A DNA stretch of 18,916 nt from Bdellovibrionales bacterium. Its GTDB lineage: Bacteria > Bdellovibrionota > Bdellovibrionia > Bdellovibrionales > UBA840. The notes below the pieces were generated by a model, which worked only from the letters and a program-made list of their open reading frames with translations, searched no databases and was not told where the DNA came from. The position numbers and the translations under genes were made by a program. Each line of letters starts with the position of its first letter. Positions within the stretch are counted from its first letter, which is position 1. Positions 15,672-18,916 of this stretch are shown one piece after another. Where the stretch lies: positions 1 to 18,916 of the forward strand of contig JBBKWS010000166.1 of the NCBI GenBank assembly GCA_037969075.1. Direction: 5' to 3'.

Positions 15672-16684
15672 TATTTTGCCTTTTCGTTACAAGATTTGTA
15701 GCAATCTTCGCCATTAACAATTGGTTTTTTACTAGTTATACATTTAGGGTTTGATTCACCTTGATGTCTAAGGACTTTAAATGCGCCGCCTCTTAGGGCT
15801 GCAGATGTTGATTTGTCTTTATGGTAAGCAAGGCACGCATTTATGCCGAGGTTTAAAAAGCTTGTAGCCACATTCATACTGGTGCGTGCAAAGAACGCTT
15901 GGATGTTTTGTTTTACGGGGCCAGTGTTTGGAAGCCCTAAGCTATGAGTAATATCAAAATCAAAATCTGCCAAATTGATATTTTTTGAATCACATTGATT
16001 TGCATGTAGTTTTCTTACACCAAAAGGATCGCGACCTAAGCGAGATACTATCACTGCATGTTGGCTTCTGCCAATACGCCAATTAATAATATCTCCTTCT
16101 GCTAAACGCTCCTCGTTGGTGAACTCCACATTGTTAAAACAATCGATGTCTTTTTTTCCGAGGTAACGAATGCCTTCAGTGCTGATTTCAGGATTTGAAG
16201 CTTCATCAATTGTATCATTATCGGTGGGATACATTTTATAGCCAGCAGCCATAAAAATTCCTCCCAGAAAACCCGAGCAGTCTAAACGATTTCTGGGTGT
16301 ACTAATCTCATATGCAGAGCTAATGCGAGGCTTTCCTCTACCCTTGCCTTGTCTTTCGATAAAATAAGATGGCGGTGGAACTGGCTTTTTGCAATTAGGC
16401 GCAGGGTGGTTTAAATCACTATATTTTCCAGGTTCTTGACGCCCTTCTAAAACATCACAAGATTGATATAAACTTGCTAAATATTTTTCGCTAGCTTTAA
16501 CTATGGGGCTAGTTTTAGGCAGAATTAAATCTGCTACAAAGTTTAGTACTACGCTAAATAGACTTCGCTCTGGCACGCAAGCCTCGGTGCCACAAGTTGA
16601 TCCACCCTCTGTCGTAATTACATCTGCGGCATAGGACTGAGATATAATGGTGAGGCTAATTAGTATGGCCCAAAGTAGTTTCAT
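15671..16684 (-). CDS. Secreted NlpC/P60 (papain-like) cysteine hydrolase, divergent
   Basis: Sec signal MKLLWAILISLTIISQSYA; LDCSGF (16268-16282 for DCSGF); LAEGDII; QHAVIV; DITHS; 11 Cys in total. Confidence 0.7.
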   Translation of the reverse strand: MKLLWAILISLTIISQSYAADVITTEGGSTCGTEACVPERSLFSVVLNFVADLILPKTSPIVKASEKYLASLYQSCDVLEGRQEPGKYSDLNHPAPNCKKPVPPPSYFIERQGKGRGKPRISSAYEISTPRNRLDCSGFLGGIFMAAGYKMYPTDNDTIDEASNPEISTEGIRYLGKKDIDCFNNVEFTNEERLAEGDIINWRIGRSQHAVIVSRLGRDPFGVRKLHANQCDSKNINLADFDFDITHSLGLPNTGPVKQNIQAFFARTSMNVATSFLNLGINACLAYHKDKSTSAALRGGAFKVLRHQGESNPKCITSKKPIVNGEDCYKSCNEKAK

Positions 16685-16838
16685 ATATTATTAGAATATA
16701 TGGGTTTAGAGGTTTTTTGGCCTGTTTAGAATGGAATAAATGCAATCTAGATAAAAGTAAGCTAAACAATGTACAAATCTTGATTAGATAGGCACGATTT
16801 TGTTCGCATAAAGGACCTTGGTCTTATATGGTGTTTTA

Positions 16839-17645
16839 ATGATAAAAAAATTAATTAAAACTATCGGCGATCACAGGTTATTTACACAAGCGGCTGCATT
16901 GGCTTTTTATGCGACCCTGTCTTTGGGCCCATTTTTGATGATATTTTTTTTAATACTTTCTGCGCTAAAATTAGATGTACAGCAAGAATTTACAAGAGAG
17001 GTCAGCACATTATTTGGTGGGCTAGCCGGAGATCTGATTGATACGATGCTTGCTTCCTTTCGATCATCACCTCTTAGACTGCATTCAATGGCAGGAATTC
17101 TAGCGGCGATTACATTGCTGATTTCTGCAAGTGGCGTTTTTGCACAACTTAGAGAGTCCTTAGACTTAATCATATCCAAAGAGTTATCAAAAGATAAAGA
17201 CGATAGAGTAGGGGCTAAATACATCCTACTTAAACGTCTATTTAGTATTGGTATGGTATTAACTTTTATATTTCTTTCAGCTGTTTCTATGCTGCTTTCA
17301 TCCGTGGTAAGCACAATCATTCAGTTAGGTGAGGGATCCACAATCTATCAGGCTATTAACTCAGGACTTTCCATCCTTATATTTTCAGGCTTATTTTTTC
17401 TTATGTATTATTTTATTCCTGAATATTCAGCTTCAAAAAAATCATCACTAGTAGGAGCAGTTGCAACGGGGATCTTGTTTGTTGCTGGAAAAGAACTTAT
17501 CGGTCGTCTGGCTGCTACCACATTAATGGCATCTTCTTATGGCTCAGGGGGAACCCTGGTAGTTTTGATGGTATGGTTTTTTACTTCTTCTATGATCCTA
17601 TTGTTAGGAGCAGAGGTAGTGAGGTTATATGAACAAAAAGTATAA
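16839..17645 (+). CDS. YihY/virulence factor BrkB family inner-membrane protein
   Basis: AAALAFYATLSLGP, ASGVFAQL, YGSGGTLVVLMVW, ILLLGAE; about 6 TM segments. Start is ATG 16839 or TTG 16818. Confidence 0.92.
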   Translation: MIKKLIKTIGDHRLFTQAAALAFYATLSLGPFLMIFFLILSALKLDVQQEFTREVSTLFGGLAGDLIDTMLASFRSSPLRLHSMAGILAAITLLISASGVFAQLRESLDLIISKELSKDKDDRVGAKYILLKRLFSIGMVLTFIFLSAVSMLLSSVVSTIIQLGEGSTIYQAINSGLSILIFSGLFFLMYYFIPEYSASKKSSLVGAVATGILFVAGKELIGRLAATTLMASSYGSGGTLVVLMVWFFTSSMILLLGAEVVRLYEQKV

Positions 17646-18684
17646 AATAGCGATATCTATAATTCTAGTACTTGTAGTATTTCGACTATTATTACCCGTT
17701 ATGCTTAAGCATTCGATCAATTGGTATTTAGCAAATAAAGTAGAATCCTATGTGGGTCATATAGAAGATTTTAATTTAGCGATATTAAAAGGTGAGTACT
17801 CGATTCAGGGTTTAGAGTTATATGAAAAGCCTATGAAAAAAGACATTGCCCCAATGCTTTCTATAAAAGATTTAACTGCTTCTTTGGCATGGAGAGCAGT
17901 ATTACGCAAAAGTTTATTAATGGATTTAGAAGCAAATGAACTACGCTTACAATTTATTGATAATAAAGATGAAAACAAAAGACAGTTAAAGGTAAATAAG
18001 GATAGCTCTGTGAGTATATATAAGACCTTAATCCCCTTTAATATTGAAACGTTAATGTTACATAATAGCGAAATCGCTTTTTTGAATTCTACAGATGAAG
18101 CAGCTAATATTAAACTACACAATTTAGAAATTTCAGCTAAGAACATTAACAACAATGAGCAAACAAAAAGTGAACTTCCAAGTCATCTGCATTTATCAGG
18201 AAATATACAAAAAAGTGGGTCTATTGATATAAGCATAGATTTTAATATTTTAACTACGCCACTAGCATTTGATACAGATTTTAAAATTGAAAAGTTTGAA
18301 CTTAAGGAATTAAATCCATTACTACTAATTTATGTACCATTATCGTTTACAAAAGGACGTCTTTCTTTGTACGGAGAAATGGCTAGTAAAAAAAATCAAG
18401 TTAAAGGCTATATTAAACCCTTTGTCGAAAATATCGATGTGGTCGCAAATCAGGAGATCTTTGAATCTGTTAAACACTTAGGTATTGAGTTGGTTTCTGC
18501 CGCGGGCAACTTAATATTAAGAAGCAAGGATGATAAGACGATTGCAACCAAGATCGAGTTTGATGGTAAACTAAATGCTCTTAGTTTTGATATTTGGGAT
18601 GGTCTGTGGGCAGCCATAAAGAACGCGTTTAATGAGGACCTTGAGCCTAAGATCGATAATACGATAAGTATTAAAAGCTTGTAG
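17629..18684 (+). CDS. DUF748 / AsmA-like protein with N-terminal membrane anchor
   Basis: N-terminal TM ending RLLLP, Y.GHIED..L.IL.G.Y, SLAWRA, G.LSLYGE, GYIKP, ATKIEFDG, IKNAF; beta-rich amphipathic pattern; 17-nt overlap with yihY. Confidence 0.8.
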   Translation: MNKKYKIAISIILVLVVFRLLLPVMLKHSINWYLANKVESYVGHIEDFNLAILKGEYSIQGLELYEKPMKKDIAPMLSIKDLTASLAWRAVLRKSLLMDLEANELRLQFIDNKDENKRQLKVNKDSSVSIYKTLIPFNIETLMLHNSEIAFLNSTDEAANIKLHNLEISAKNINNNEQTKSELPSHLHLSGNIQKSGSIDISIDFNILTTPLAFDTDFKIEKFELKELNPLLLIYVPLSFTKGRLSLYGEMASKKNQVKGYIKPFVENIDVVANQEIFESVKHLGIELVSAAGNLILRSKDDKTIATKIEFDGKLNALSFDIWDGLWAAIKNAFNEDLEPKIDNTISIKSL

Positions 18685-18729
18685 TATCATATAGATACAC
18701 AGTATATGTAACATAATATAGCTTATCAG

Positions 18730-18795
18730 AAATAACAATATGATCTTCTTATATTGATAAATAACAGTGAATCTGTCTACCCTCTAAATAACATT
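18730..18795 (+). repeat. Three direct repeats AAATAACAnT
   Basis: Copies start at 18730, 18759 and 18786 (periods 29 and 27 nt) in intergenic DNA. Confidence 0.6.
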
Positions 18796-18860
18796 TAAAG
18801 TGTCTAGGGTAAACGTTCATTATATCGTTTTCCTCAATAAATGATTTATTGGGGGTAGAG

Positions 18861-18916
18861 ATGATTAATGGAGTAGTTGTTTTGAGTGATACGGAAAGTT
18901 TTAAATATCAAATTAT
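18861..18916 (+). CDS. Possible start of a gene running off the right edge
   Basis: GGGGG SD-like run 5 nt before ATG; open frame MINGVVVLSDTESFKYQI to the window end; too short to assign. Confidence 0.35.
   Translation, partial: MINGVVVLSDTESFKYQI

Noticed and set aside
14797..16684. Mobile element or prophage origin for the exported-protein islet
   Set aside because: No integrase, transposase, tRNA, terminal repeats or obvious compositional break seen by eye.
16790..16807. Possible sigma54 promoter (GGCACG...)
   Set aside because: No GC at the required GG-N10-GC spacing.
13002..18155. Antisense ORFs 13002-13301, 16907-17320 and 17805-18155
   Set aside because: Shadows of pepN, yihY and the DUF748 gene.
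18730..18795. Mini-CRISPR or iteron origin
   Set aside because: Repeat units are only 8-10 nt with uneven spacing, and no cas or rep gene is in view.

Overview
AT-rich, gene-dense bacterial chromosomal window. The gene content resembles a Bdellovibrionota-like Gram-negative organism (inference only). Left to right: partial acs (minus); ahpC-type peroxiredoxin with terminator; LPS core pair (GT9 heptosyltransferase + waaA); a divergent unit of an uncharacterised degenerate-Rossmann protein overlapping purB; a peptidoglycan-recycling operon (LD-carboxypeptidase, beta-lactamase-fold serine hydrolase, mpl); a LysR-divergent yceI-pirin-dps operon; pepN; an islet of Cys-rich exported proteins (small lipoprotein, and a secreted NlpC/P60-like cysteine hydrolase coupled to a small 4-Cys exported protein); a YihY + DUF748/AsmA-like pair; and an AT-rich intergenic region with repeats and a hairpin. 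I saw no rRNA, tRNA, CRISPR or mobile element. Most interesting: the possible hydrolase/self-protection pair, the cytoplasmic AmiE/NamA-like enzyme inside ldcA-mpl, and several apparently leaderless promoters. All calls come from reading motifs by eye; no searches were run.
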